From an uncultured virus (IMG/VR IMGVR_UViG_3300030688_000011) (lineage: Duplodnaviria; Heunggongvirae; Uroviricota; Caudoviricetes), in the IMG/VR virus record IMGVR_UViG_3300030688_000011: DNA of 20,000 nucleotides; one strand, 5' to 3'. The notes under the pieces were generated by a model. The model saw only the letters and a program-made list of their open reading frames with translations, made no database searches and was not told the origin of the DNA. Made by a program: the position numbers and the translations under genes. Position 1 is the first letter of the stretch. Every line of letters starts with the position of its first letter. This document shows, in pieces, positions 7,633 through 15,941 of the stretch.

Positions 7633-8567
7633 AGGAGCACCAGCGAGGTTCCGCACTGAGAGCAGAACTTGTTGGTGGCCTTGTTGACGCGACCGCAGGT
7701 CGTGCAGGTCGGCTTGATTTCAACCGTGACCGGACGAACCACAGGCTGGTTTCCTACCTTACCCACCAGCTTGAGTACAAGCGTGTGAGAAGCATCCTCA
7801 GTCGGGAACCAATCACCCCAGCCGAACTTCTGGCGGGACTCGCTACCGGCTACCGTGATGCCGTTCTCGTTCTGCGGAGCAGCGGAGGTCTCTACCGAGT
7901 CGAAGCTGCGGAAGGCACCAAGCCGGGTGGGGGCTGGAGCAGGACGGCCCTTCATCGCTGCACTGCGAGTGAGCAAAGCCCTCATTCCCTTGGAGGAGAA
8001 GGACGGACGCGGCGTAGGAGCGGAGGACTGCGTGAACGCCATCTTGGGAGTCGAAGCATCGCTGACGTTGTAGCAGGAAGCCGAGCCTACCGAAGTGGTG
8101 TTGATGTTGAGAGGGCTCTGTCCACCCTTAAAGTTAGGAGTACCCTGACCACCGTAACTGACATCGCCGTTGCTGTTCCAGATGGTATAGCTGGGGATGT
8201 AGTTCTGAGGCTGAGGAGCTTCGAACTTGTATTCGATGTTGATGAGACCGTCTTCGGCACCGATGCCACGGAAGTTTTCAATCTGGCCGGTGCGTTCAAT
8301 GAACTTGAACTTGTTGCCCTTTTCCATGTCGCCGTTCTTGATGAACCGCTCCAATTCAAGGCTCCCCTTGGCGGGGACAATGAGCCACACGTTTTCGGTT
8401 GCGTCCTGTCCATCGACAGATACACGCACGAGGGCACGAACCGTACTCAGGTTCTTGAGGTAAATGCTGTACTCTGCCCCGAACGGGACGGCCACAGTTT
8501 CTTTGTCTTCGCGAAGGATTTTGCCGCCGATTTTGATCGTGGCTACGAGGTTATTCTGATACACCAT
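7629..8567 (-). CDS. Conserved large-phage protein: N-terminal beta-rich domain, low-complexity linker, C-terminal zinc ribbon
   Basis: PFGAEYSIYLKNL...VSVDG...LERF...KFKFIERT; C-terminal CTTCG...NKFCSQCGT; AAGGAGA RBS. Confidence 0.88.
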   Translation of the reverse strand: MVYQNNLVATIKIGGKILREDKETVAVPFGAEYSIYLKNLSTVRALVRVSVDGQDATENVWLIVPAKGSLELERFIKNGDMEKGNKFKFIERTGQIENFRGIGAEDGLINIEYKFEAPQPQNYIPSYTIWNSNGDVSYGGQGTPNFKGGQSPLNINTTSVGSASCYNVSDASTPKMAFTQSSAPTPRPSFSSKGMRALLTRSAAMKGRPAPAPTRLGAFRSFDSVETSAAPQNENGITVAGSESRQKFGWGDWFPTEDASHTLVLKLVGKVGNQPVVRPVTVEIKPTCTTCGRVNKATNKFCSQCGTSLVLL

Positions 8568-8645
8568 AGTTCTCCTTGTTATAGGTCACCGACTAAGACC
8601 TTGAATTTGCTTAAAGTCGGTTGGATTACTGCTACTGTATAATAC
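8568..8645 (-). promoter_or_regulatory. GTATTA promoter (8645-8640) and a structured 5' leader with overlapping pairings
   Basis: TGGTATTAT; ACCGACT(8621-8615) / AGTCGGT(8594-8588) and AGGTC(8601-8597) / GACCT(8587-8583) just upstream of the SD. Confidence 0.55.
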
Positions 8646-8675
8646 CACGAAATTGGAAAACCGGTGAATATTATT

Positions 8676-8894
8676 TTAGAAGATGCTCTCGACCAGCGTG
8701 CTCAGGGGCATGAGACTGGTGTCAGCACAGCCGGGGCACACAACAGAACTGTTGGTTATGACATCGCAGGATGCACAGATGTAGGCATCACGCAGGGGGA
8801 TGTGAACAGTCTGGCCTAGCCCCAAACTTTGCGTGGGCTTCTTACCTGTGGTTACTTCCTCTGCTAACTTATAGATTTCCAATGACTCGCTCAC
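8676..8894 (-). CDS. Small zinc-ribbon protein
   Basis: CASC...CPGC; GGAGG RBS before GTG. Confidence 0.85.
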   Translation of the reverse strand: MSESLEIYKLAEEVTTGKKPTQSLGLGQTVHIPLRDAYICASCDVITNSSVVCPGCADTSLMPLSTLVESIF

Positions 8895-8918
8895 TTGTTT
8901 CCTCCAGTTGGTACACTA

Positions 8919-9341
8919 TCACAGATTGATTTTCTTTGCCTTCATCTTCGCGAGGAAACTTTGCAGTATAGTATTTGCAGCGTTAACCTCGCGGTTAGCT
9001 TCCGAGATTCTCTGATTGGCTTCATTCAACAGTTTCTGCATCTCCGCTATCTTCTGGTTGGCTTCAGCCAGCTTCTGTTCGCACGCCGGGTCGGACACAG
9101 GTTCAGGTATCTCGTGAGTACCCGGCTCTCCTGTGACCATGGGCAATTCGTTCAAGACGAACTCGTAGTAGTTCCGCTCGTCCTTGGTACGCTCCTCACT
9201 GTAGAACTTCTTGACGAGGGCCTCGTCCGTGACTACGCCGATGGGAGCCTCATTGTTGTGACCATTACGGTCTTTGTCCCGCATCATGAGGACGTACACT
9301 ACCTGACCAGCCTTCTTGAGATACTTGGCGGAGAACTTCAT
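8919..9341 (-). CDS. Hypothetical protein with C-terminal coiled coil
   Basis: Heptad-like repeats EANQKI / EANQRI / EANREV; ATGA overlap with the upstream gene. Confidence 0.85.
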   Translation of the reverse strand: MKFSAKYLKKAGQVVYVLMMRDKDRNGHNNEAPIGVVTDEALVKKFYSEERTKDERNYYEFVLNELPMVTGEPGTHEIPEPVSDPACEQKLAEANQKIAEMQKLLNEANQRISEANREVNAANTILQSFLAKMKAKKINL

Positions 9342-9805
9342 GCCCGTTCCTCCAGAATCTTGTGGAGGTCTGTAATCATGGTGTCGAGGTCATGGTAGAT
9401 GGGCACGTTGAAGTGCTCAGCGTATATCTGAAGGTTGGCCTCTCGGTAGAAGCCTGTCTCAACACACAATATGGTGTCCTTGGTGGTACCCCACGCCCCA
9501 AACTCAAACATGGTTACCGGAGCTTTACTTTCCGCTGTAAAGCATACAACCATAAGGTCGCAAACTTCCATACCTTTTATTTCCCACAGTACCTGACCTC
9601 GAAACGGCTCACAGGTAGCACACTGCTCCCATGTTTCATCCCAATCCTCACGTTTAGGGGATAGGATGGTGACATTAATGTCTTGTAGACCGGCTATTAC
9701 CTCAGAATGCCAATCACGTGCATGACCTTGGTCGATGCTCCCCGCAAGAAACAAGGAGAAATCTAAAGTGTCAAATGGACTGGGGGATTTGATTACTGTT
9801 GCCAT
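9338..9805 (-). CDS. Nucleoside 2-deoxyribosyltransferase-like protein (Nuc_deoxyri_tr2-type)
   Basis: LFLAGSI...DW, SPKREDWD, QVLWE and APVTMFEFG with the catalytic-type Glu; GGAGG RBS. Confidence 0.85.
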   Translation of the reverse strand: MATVIKSPSPFDTLDFSLFLAGSIDQGHARDWHSEVIAGLQDINVTILSPKREDWDETWEQCATCEPFRGQVLWEIKGMEVCDLMVVCFTAESKAPVTMFEFGAWGTTKDTILCVETGFYREANLQIYAEHFNVPIYHDLDTMITDLHKILEERA

Positions 9806-9871
9806 TTGCCCTCCTTCTGGCCTTGCCGTTTACTTTGATAAAAGCGTACACCCCACTAATCGTGTCTAACA

Positions 9872-9896
9872 TAAAACCCCTCTATAAGAGAGGGGT
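9872..9896 (-). terminator. Intrinsic terminator overlapping the HD-GYP stop
   Basis: ACCCCTCT-CTTAT-AGAGGGGT followed by TTTAT on the minus strand. Confidence 0.65.
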
Positions 9897-10790
9897 ATAG
9901 TCTGAGCTTTCAGGCTCATCATTGTTTTCAGGCTCATCAATGTAGACCCGACCGTTCTTCTTCGTTCTGTACCGCAGCCGCAGCATGTGCTCTGCCTCCG
10001 GCTTTGAGATTTCACCACGCTCAAACATCCCCGATACTTTCTCTCGGGAGTGGACATAGTCGTTGGTGTCCTCCCAGTTTCCAAGGTACATATCCCTAAA
10101 ATTTGCTTCTTTGTTGGATAAATTGGCTGCGACCCGCCACTCTATTTCAGAGTAGTCCAAGTGGTACCAAGGGTTGAAGTTGAAGACACCCGCCTCCTCA
10201 AGCTTGAGAATAAGAGCCTCGCAGTCATGATTGTCCCGGATGAAAATATCCCGCATCGTGAGTTCTTCGCCCCAGTGCTTGTCGTTTTTGCGGGTCGTGA
10301 TGGCGTCGTAATAGTCAGCCAGAGCAAGCAACCGGGCGGCGGAGTCGATGATACCCCGCTTGAGTTCCAAGTGAACAGGGAGGGCGGGAAGTTCTTTAGG
10401 GTAGGGGTGCTTCCCGTACTGGTGATGCCGGACGATGATGTGTGCCGAGAAGTCAAAGACTTGCTGGAGCATACGCCAGCCATACATCACATGGTCTTCC
10501 ATGACCGCGTAGTCAGCCGCATCAAACGCTTCTGTCTTGCTGAGCAGTTCGGGAGGGATGAGGGCCTTGCCTACGTCGTGGAGGAGACCGGCCCACAACA
10601 TCATCTTGGGGGTCACGTTGGGGATGTCGGCGACGACCGCTATCTTGGAAGCCAGACCACCAACACGAATCACGTGATGGTAAGTAGCTTCATGACGGTT
10701 CCGAAGAACCGTGAGATAGTGCCAGATGCGTTCGTGGTATTCCTTGGCGATACCAACTTCGTTCAGCAGCCGGTTGACTATCTCTTCCAT
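9882..10790 (-). CDS. HD-GYP-like phosphohydrolase with a ~95-aa C-terminal extension
   Basis: TYHHVIRV, AGLLHDVGK, EDHVMYG, RHHQYGKHPYP (a variant of HHE..DG.GYP) and LADYYDAIT. Confidence 0.88.
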   Translation of the reverse strand: MEEIVNRLLNEVGIAKEYHERIWHYLTVLRNRHEATYHHVIRVGGLASKIAVVADIPNVTPKMMLWAGLLHDVGKALIPPELLSKTEAFDAADYAVMEDHVMYGWRMLQQVFDFSAHIIVRHHQYGKHPYPKELPALPVHLELKRGIIDSAARLLALADYYDAITTRKNDKHWGEELTMRDIFIRDNHDCEALILKLEEAGVFNFNPWYHLDYSEIEWRVAANLSNKEANFRDMYLGNWEDTNDYVHSREKVSGMFERGEISKPEAEHMLRLRYRTKKNGRVYIDEPENNDEPESSDYTPLL

Positions 10791-10799
10791 AGGTTGCTC

Positions 10800-11450
10800 C
10801 TAACCGCAGGTACAGACTAGCAGATGACGTTCCCTGTTGTCATCTTCGATAATAGATTTTCTCACTTCACAGTCAGGAGCCGGATGTAGCCTTAGAATGT
10901 TGGCAGTAATGATAGATTCCATGTGACCTTTACGCTCCGCTTGATGACCAAAGGAACCATCATACGGGTACTGTCTCAGCCACTTTTTGCAGGAGTTGAA
11001 GGTCAGCTTGGCCGGGTTGACAATCGGGCGACACAATGCGACGTACCCCAAAATCTTGTCCATGTCTCCGAGCGACGGATTGAAGTATGAGTAGCCCAGC
11101 CCCATGTACTGGATAAAGCTCACCACAATGCTGGTTGACCGGCTAATACCGGCAGCACAGTGTATAAAGATTGTCATCTTACGTTCCCAGCAATCCTTCA
11201 GGAAAGCCATACACATGGCGAACTGGTCAGCACGAATCTCATGACCGTCCGGGAAGGGAACCTTGAGGTAGAGGATGGCCGGGTCACGGGCGTAGAGGTC
11301 TTCGGTGGACACATCGAGCACAGCGTTGATGCCGTGGGGGTTCACGCCTTGTGCAAGGAGAGCCGCGTCGTATACATTACCGAGAAACAGCTTGGGTCCG
11401 TTCTCAACATCCAGAATCTTAGCCGCCTGATACTTTGTGAACCACTCCAT
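10800..11450 (-). CDS. Dual-specificity / protein-tyrosine phosphatase-family protein (may extend upstream to 11801)
   Basis: LFLGN, general-acid PFPDG, catalytic HCAAGISRS (CX5R) and RPIVNP. Confidence 0.92.
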   Translation of the reverse strand: MEWFTKYQAAKILDVENGPKLFLGNVYDAALLAQGVNPHGINAVLDVSTEDLYARDPAILYLKVPFPDGHEIRADQFAMCMAFLKDCWERKMTIFIHCAAGISRSTSIVVSFIQYMGLGYSYFNPSLGDMDKILGYVALCRPIVNPAKLTFNSCKKWLRQYPYDGSFGHQAERKGHMESIITANILRLHPAPDCEVRKSIIEDDNRERHLLVCTCG

Positions 11451-11528
11451 TGCGGTCTTCTCTTCTTCGTCCTCTTGGATACCAGTGACCCTAGCGCCCG
11501 ACTTTTGAATCTGGTACCCGGAGTTTCA

Positions 11529-11801
11529 TCAATTGATTCTCTTATGCTTCCAATTTGTAGCTTCTTCCACCGGGACACACCCGGTGGATTCAAGCAGCCA
11601 CGGCAGGTTGGTTCTTGGGACAACTTTGGCTTCTCCCTCATCGAGAAACACAGCGACCAGAGAGGGGTCAAGGACACCATTCTCATCTGCCACAGGGATT
11701 ACACGTACCAACTGAGGTTCCCCGTCATCACTTATCCTAATATACAGCTTGGAATCCAGCAACTTCGCTGGAAACTCTTCCTCTTCCTCTTCTCCAAACA
11801 T
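11529..11801 (-). CDS. Hypothetical acidic protein; in frame with, and possibly the N-terminal part of, the phosphatase
   Basis: TAA-ATG coupling to the upstream gene. Separated from the phosphatase frame only by TGA TGA (11526-11531). Confidence 0.75.
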   Translation of the reverse strand: MFGEEEEEEFPAKLLDSKLYIRISDDGEPQLVRVIPVADENGVLDPSLVAVFLDEGEAKVVPRTNLPWLLESTGCVPVEEATNWKHKRIN

Positions 11802-12281
11802 TTAGTACCCCCGGAGTTGGCGGAGACGCAAGAGCGTGTCCGCGTTACTGGGGGTGACACCATCAAGAAATACATCCTTGGCAACGTAGGCCAGCTTGGA
11901 TTTCATTCCCTTACGAATGTCGTCAGAGGCAATCTTGAGCACAAGGTTCTTGGTCGCAGAAACCCCTGTGGTTCGAGAGAACTCCCGCCAGTTGTACAGC
12001 TTCTTGTTGCAGAGAGCGATTGTAGCATCCCCAATCAAGTGGCTGTCCAGCGTGATTGACAACTCAAGAGAGGCCGTCGCTCTTTCGGACGCTTGCAGGT
12101 CGGGGACGTAGAGCTTGAATTTCCTATTTTGATGGCGTTTTATCGCCACCTGTTCCTGTTTGGAGTTGCCCCAACTCACTTCAATGAGAACCTCTGGGGT
12201 GATGTTCACCAAGGAGGACTCAAGGTCTAGTATGGATGGGCAAGCTACAGATAGTTCCTTACTGACTACAATCTCAACCAT
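11802..12281 (-). CDS. Hypothetical protein (159 aa), leaderless candidate
   Basis: ORF in operon context; GTATCT-ATAGGT-ATG upstream. Confidence 0.8.
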   Translation of the reverse strand: MVEIVVSKELSVACPSILDLESSLVNITPEVLIEVSWGNSKQEQVAIKRHQNRKFKLYVPDLQASERATASLELSITLDSHLIGDATIALCNKKLYNWREFSRTTGVSATKNLVLKIASDDIRKGMKSKLAYVAKDVFLDGVTPSNADTLLRLRQLRGY

Positions 12282-12299
12282 ACCTATAGATACTGTAAT

Positions 12300-12908
12300 C
12301 TACCAATTCTGTTCCTTGCCTTTGTTGTGCCAGAGACGGGCAGACAGGATGTCGGCACAATGGCACAGAGCCGCCATTTCCCCCATCATTCGCTCCTTGT
12401 TGGAATAATCGTGCTCACCCTCAACGTACTCCAGAGCGTTCCACTGAGTCCGGGACAGGGCAATCTCGTTCTGTTGAATGAGATTCTTGCGGAAGTTTCT
12501 CCGGTCTTCCTTGGTACGCCATGTGGGGCCGAACTCCGCCTTGAATGGCTTCTCGATGTCATGCAGGAACATGACCATCATGGCGTCTTTCAGTGTGAAG
12601 GGCAACCTACGAGGGGAAGAAGAGTACAACCATCGGAGTATATTTAGACTCTCAACAATATGGTGGGTGTACCCCCCAATCCAAGCTTGATGATTATGGC
12701 TACTACCTAATGCACTCGTGAATAACGTGGAGTATGTTTCGTACATTTCTTGAAGAGGGCGGCTCGATACTAATTCAAATAGCTCCTTTAAGCTTAGGTA
12801 GTCTACCCCCTTAACTATCACCCCCCGTTTCAAGCATTCAAGCTGGAGTTCAAGGGTCGTGAGACGCTCGTACTTGTGACCTCGTTCATCAACCGCTCTC
12901 ATTCCCAT
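12300..12908 (-). CDS. HD-domain hydrolase (YhaM/Cbf1-like HD subfamily)
   Basis: GSSHNHQAWIGGYTHHIVE, FLHDIEK and CHCADILSAR. Start ATG 12908 follows the upstream TAA. Confidence 0.85.
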   Translation of the reverse strand: MGMRAVDERGHKYERLTTLELQLECLKRGVIVKGVDYLSLKELFELVSSRPLQEMYETYSTLFTSALGSSHNHQAWIGGYTHHIVESLNILRWLYSSSPRRLPFTLKDAMMVMFLHDIEKPFKAEFGPTWRTKEDRRNFRKNLIQQNEIALSRTQWNALEYVEGEHDYSNKERMMGEMAALCHCADILSARLWHNKGKEQNW

Positions 12909-12909
12909 T

Positions 12910-13374
12910 TTAGAAACAACCTCTCCGGGTATTGTGCAGAGCCCTCGATGCAATGTTCGTGAAGGCTTCTACCAACTGAAGATAGGTCTCGTCATCGAGA
13001 CGTTCGCCGTTAGCTATCTTCATCATGTTGTCGATGATGGGCTCCCATTTCTCGTCGGACTGGAAGTTCCTTACAAAGGCAAACATGTCATACCTATAGA
13101 ACTGCAAAGCGTGGAAATTCTTTCCACTGACATGCGGAGTGTGTTCGTTCTTCTTGAGGCACAGTTCAAACGTGAGAGCTAGTTCACCGAACCGCTCCCT
13201 CGTCTTCATGTCGAAGGGGAATATAAGCAACTGACCGGGAAAGAGCTTCCCTCCGTTACCATCTCCCGTTTCGTCGGCCCCACCATTTTCTACAGTGAGG
13301 TAAAGGTGCTTGGACAGAATCTGCGTTTCACAGGCTAGGCCCAGCCAGTCGAACATACTGCTCGTACCAAACAT
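12910..13374 (-). CDS. Hypothetical protein (154 aa)
   Basis: TGATG coupling; protein-like composition. Confidence 0.82.
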   Translation of the reverse strand: MFGTSSMFDWLGLACETQILSKHLYLTVENGGADETGDGNGGKLFPGQLLIFPFDMKTRERFGELALTFELCLKKNEHTPHVSGKNFHALQFYRYDMFAFVRNFQSDEKWEPIIDNMMKIANGERLDDETYLQLVEAFTNIASRALHNTRRGCF

Positions 13375-14927
13375 CAGATAATGTCCTCGTCGTCCAAAAT
13401 CAGTTTCTTGCGGGGAGTGGCCGGGGCCTGAGTTGCAAGCGGCTCCGGGGTGTTGACGATGCTCTCAAGGTCTTCAACGATTTGAGCACCTTCAGGGAGT
13501 ACCAGACGGGGAGTGGGTACCGGGTCGGGAACATCTTCAATGAGGAGTTCCTTGGTGGTGTCCGACTCTTCCCAGTTCGCTTCGTACTCGATAGTGACCG
13601 ATTCGGTGGGCTCGTTAACGAACCTAGCCTCCATCTCAGCATCCAGATGAATCGTTCCAGCCTCACACACATGCTCAGCCGGAAGAGCCACCGGTTCCCC
13701 CGTGGGCTCCTGCGGTTCAACGATGAGGGTCTTGGGTTCAGACTCAGCGAGTTCCTTCATACGTTCCGCCGTCCACTGAATCTCTTCCTTGGACACATCG
13801 TCCGGTACCGTGATGACAGAGGGCTTACGAACCCACGTTGGTGCGTCCTCCAACTCCGTCAACTTCTCGATGATGGCCTCGCCGCCGCCCTCATCCACAA
13901 TCGGAGTGATAGGCTTGGGGTCGCCGGTCTTGACGAACGTTCCCTTGATAGGTGTCACCGTACCGTCAGCGTTGATGACCACGGGCGTGGAGTCCTCCCC
14001 ATTGAGAGCAGCTTCAAGCTCTTCCAAGGACAACAGCTTGGCCCTCTTGTAAACGCCTTCAGCACCACCATGACCATTGGGGCACGTGTCGCCGGAGGGA
14101 GTGTTGAACTGCTTCTCACCACACTTCGAGCAGTAGGTATCGCAAGGCTTCTTGACGTAGCTCTCGTTGGCGGCGACACGAGATTCCTTCGTGTGCTGGC
14201 TCACGTAGCTAGGAATCTCGTCGGTGTCCTCTTCAAGAGGGGTGCGCTTCACCAAACCACCAGCGTCATCGTCCAAGCCGATGGCACCATTCGACTGAAT
14301 GGAGTTCCACATCGCGTTCACTTGGTCTTTGCCGAGAGCGTACTTGTCGGCCTGAGCCACCTTGCGTTGCTTGATTTCAACTTCCAGAATTTTCAACTCA
14401 GAGATGAGCGAAGGGGCGAGGTAGTCCAGCCTGTCCATGAGGTTAGAGAACTCAGAGTTCGCCATCTCCTTGATGTGGGCCGGGGTCAGCTTCAGGTCGG
14501 GAGGAAGTGTACCCCCATGGATAGCGACGGGGACGGCGAGAGCGTAGAAGGCACCGAACTGGGCACGCTGCGACTTCATCAGGTCAACGGCGTTCAGCAG
14601 TCGGGACTTCAACTTGATTACACGACGCAGAGTACGGTCGTGGTCATCGTTTATCTGACCAAGAGCGAACAGCAGTTGGCGTTGATACGCACCCTCTTGC
14701 CCTGATGGGATGTCCATCTGCAATTCGAGCGTGGGAAGGTTGGCAATCTCAGCCTTGATACGCTTGCCCATGTCATCGTAGTCAATGAGGATACCGTCCG
14801 ATTCACGCGACAGTTCATCGCGAAGTTTCAGGACTTGCTCTAGTATGGGCGTGTCTGACAACAGATGAGCCGCAGTGAAGAGGTTCAGGTTGTCAGTGGG
14901 GGTGAGGCTATTGTTGTCCGTTGTCAT
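13374..14927 (-). CDS. Large hypothetical protein: helical N-terminal half, central C3H zinc finger, acidic Pro-rich C-terminal half
   Basis: 517-aa ORF; CSKCGEKQFNTPSGDTCPNGH; E/P/D-rich tail ending LILDDEDII. Confidence 0.9.
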   Translation of the reverse strand: MTTDNNSLTPTDNLNLFTAAHLLSDTPILEQVLKLRDELSRESDGILIDYDDMGKRIKAEIANLPTLELQMDIPSGQEGAYQRQLLFALGQINDDHDRTLRRVIKLKSRLLNAVDLMKSQRAQFGAFYALAVPVAIHGGTLPPDLKLTPAHIKEMANSEFSNLMDRLDYLAPSLISELKILEVEIKQRKVAQADKYALGKDQVNAMWNSIQSNGAIGLDDDAGGLVKRTPLEEDTDEIPSYVSQHTKESRVAANESYVKKPCDTYCSKCGEKQFNTPSGDTCPNGHGGAEGVYKRAKLLSLEELEAALNGEDSTPVVINADGTVTPIKGTFVKTGDPKPITPIVDEGGGEAIIEKLTELEDAPTWVRKPSVITVPDDVSKEEIQWTAERMKELAESEPKTLIVEPQEPTGEPVALPAEHVCEAGTIHLDAEMEARFVNEPTESVTIEYEANWEESDTTKELLIEDVPDPVPTPRLVLPEGAQIVEDLESIVNTPEPLATQAPATPRKKLILDDEDII

Positions 14928-15237
14928 CAGTCGTCTCAGTCTTCTCAGGTTTCAAAAATTTACGCACTTTGTCGATGCGTATGGTTGCAGCGTTCAGGGT
15001 TTCCTTGAACTCGGTGCCACCGATGACTCCGGTGCCGAATCTCGCTGCCAGTAAGGTCTTCCACGCTGCGAGGTACAAGTCCAACCCATCCGACATAACA
15101 TCGCCGAGTTCATCTATGGTGGTAGTCTCCGGGTACTTCGATTGGACACTGGCGAAGGACTTAGTGCCTCTACCGAAGTCCTGCTCGAACCCGAACTCTA
15201 CACTGACTGTGACTCCTGTAATCTCAGGCTTGCTCAT
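14908..15237 (-). CDS. Hypothetical protein (109 aa), leaderless candidate
   Basis: Start MSKPEITGV at 15237, preceded by GTATTA-GTAACC. The track's longer start overlaps the upstream gene. Confidence 0.82.
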   Translation of the reverse strand: MSKPEITGVTVSVEFGFEQDFGRGTKSFASVQSKYPETTTIDELGDVMSDGLDLYLAAWKTLLAARFGTGVIGGTEFKETLNAATIRIDKVRKFLKPEKTETTDDNGQQ

Positions 15238-15253
15238 GGTTACTAATACCCGC

Positions 15254-15757
15254 TTACAGGAGAATGAAGTCGAAGAGAACGTCGGGGTGCTCACGCATCA
15301 ACTTGGACTGTACTGCATAGATGGTCTCTCTCCACGCCTTGGAGTTCTCCACCGTTGAACCCGCTGATTGGACGGTGGTAACACGCACCACCATCTCGAC
15401 CTCGCTCCGCACTTCCTTGATGCCTTCCATCTCTTCGAGAGCCCAGTAGGCTGCACGACAGGCATGGCCGAGGTTGCTGATGTGAGCATCGGCCTGATTC
15501 TTGGTGATGAAACCAGTGCAGGGGCATCCGGCGTTGCCGCACATGTCTTCGGCGTGCTCACACTGATAGTGGTTGCAGCCGACGAACCCACAGCACTCGT
15601 ACCCCGGCCAGCAGTCGATGCAGTAGTCTACCCTCTCGCCGTTCTCGTCCGGGCCTCCGTAACCGAAGTACAGGTACGAGCCGCACGTGTAACAGCCCCA
15701 GCCCATCCGCTTACGCAGACCTTTGGGCACCAGACATAGCCAATTCCAATTACTCAT
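15254..15757 (-). CDS. Cys-rich hypothetical protein (167 aa, 13 Cys)
   Basis: CYTC, CIDC, ECC, CNH...CEH and CPC motifs; overlaps the upstream stop. Confidence 0.8.
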   Translation of the reverse strand: MSNWNWLCLVPKGLRKRMGWGCYTCGSYLYFGYGGPDENGERVDYCIDCWPGYECCGFVGCNHYQCEHAEDMCGNAGCPCTGFITKNQADAHISNLGHACRAAYWALEEMEGIKEVRSEVEMVVRVTTVQSAGSTVENSKAWRETIYAVQSKLMREHPDVLFDFILL

Positions 15758-15941
15758 TTGGGTCTACCCATTCATCGGGGAAGTTGGGGTTCTCTTTACG
15801 CCATCGCTCTTCCTGCTCAGGGGTCAGGTGTTGGCAGCAGTCAAGGCAGTGGGGGTCTTTCATCATACCCTCGCAGCCGCAGGGGTCATAGATGCCACAC
15901 TGACAGTATTCGGTGCAGCTACAGTTCGCGTCCTTCAACAT
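15750..15941 (-). CDS. Small Cys-rich protein (63 aa, 9 Cys)
   Basis: MLKDANCSCTEYCQCGIYDPCGCEGMMKDPHCLDCCQH...; TAATG coupling at 15941. Confidence 0.78.
   Translation of the reverse strand: MLKDANCSCTEYCQCGIYDPCGCEGMMKDPHCLDCCQHLTPEQEERWRKENPNFPDEWVDPNE

Noticed and set aside
9908..9939. Short direct repeat TTTCAGGCTCATCA x2, and the 21-nt repeat at 3039-3092, as CRISPR or DGR signals
   Set aside because: Only two copies each, in-frame within coding low-complexity linkers (DEPE, VPAPVQ); no spacers, reverse transcriptase or adenine-specific variation.
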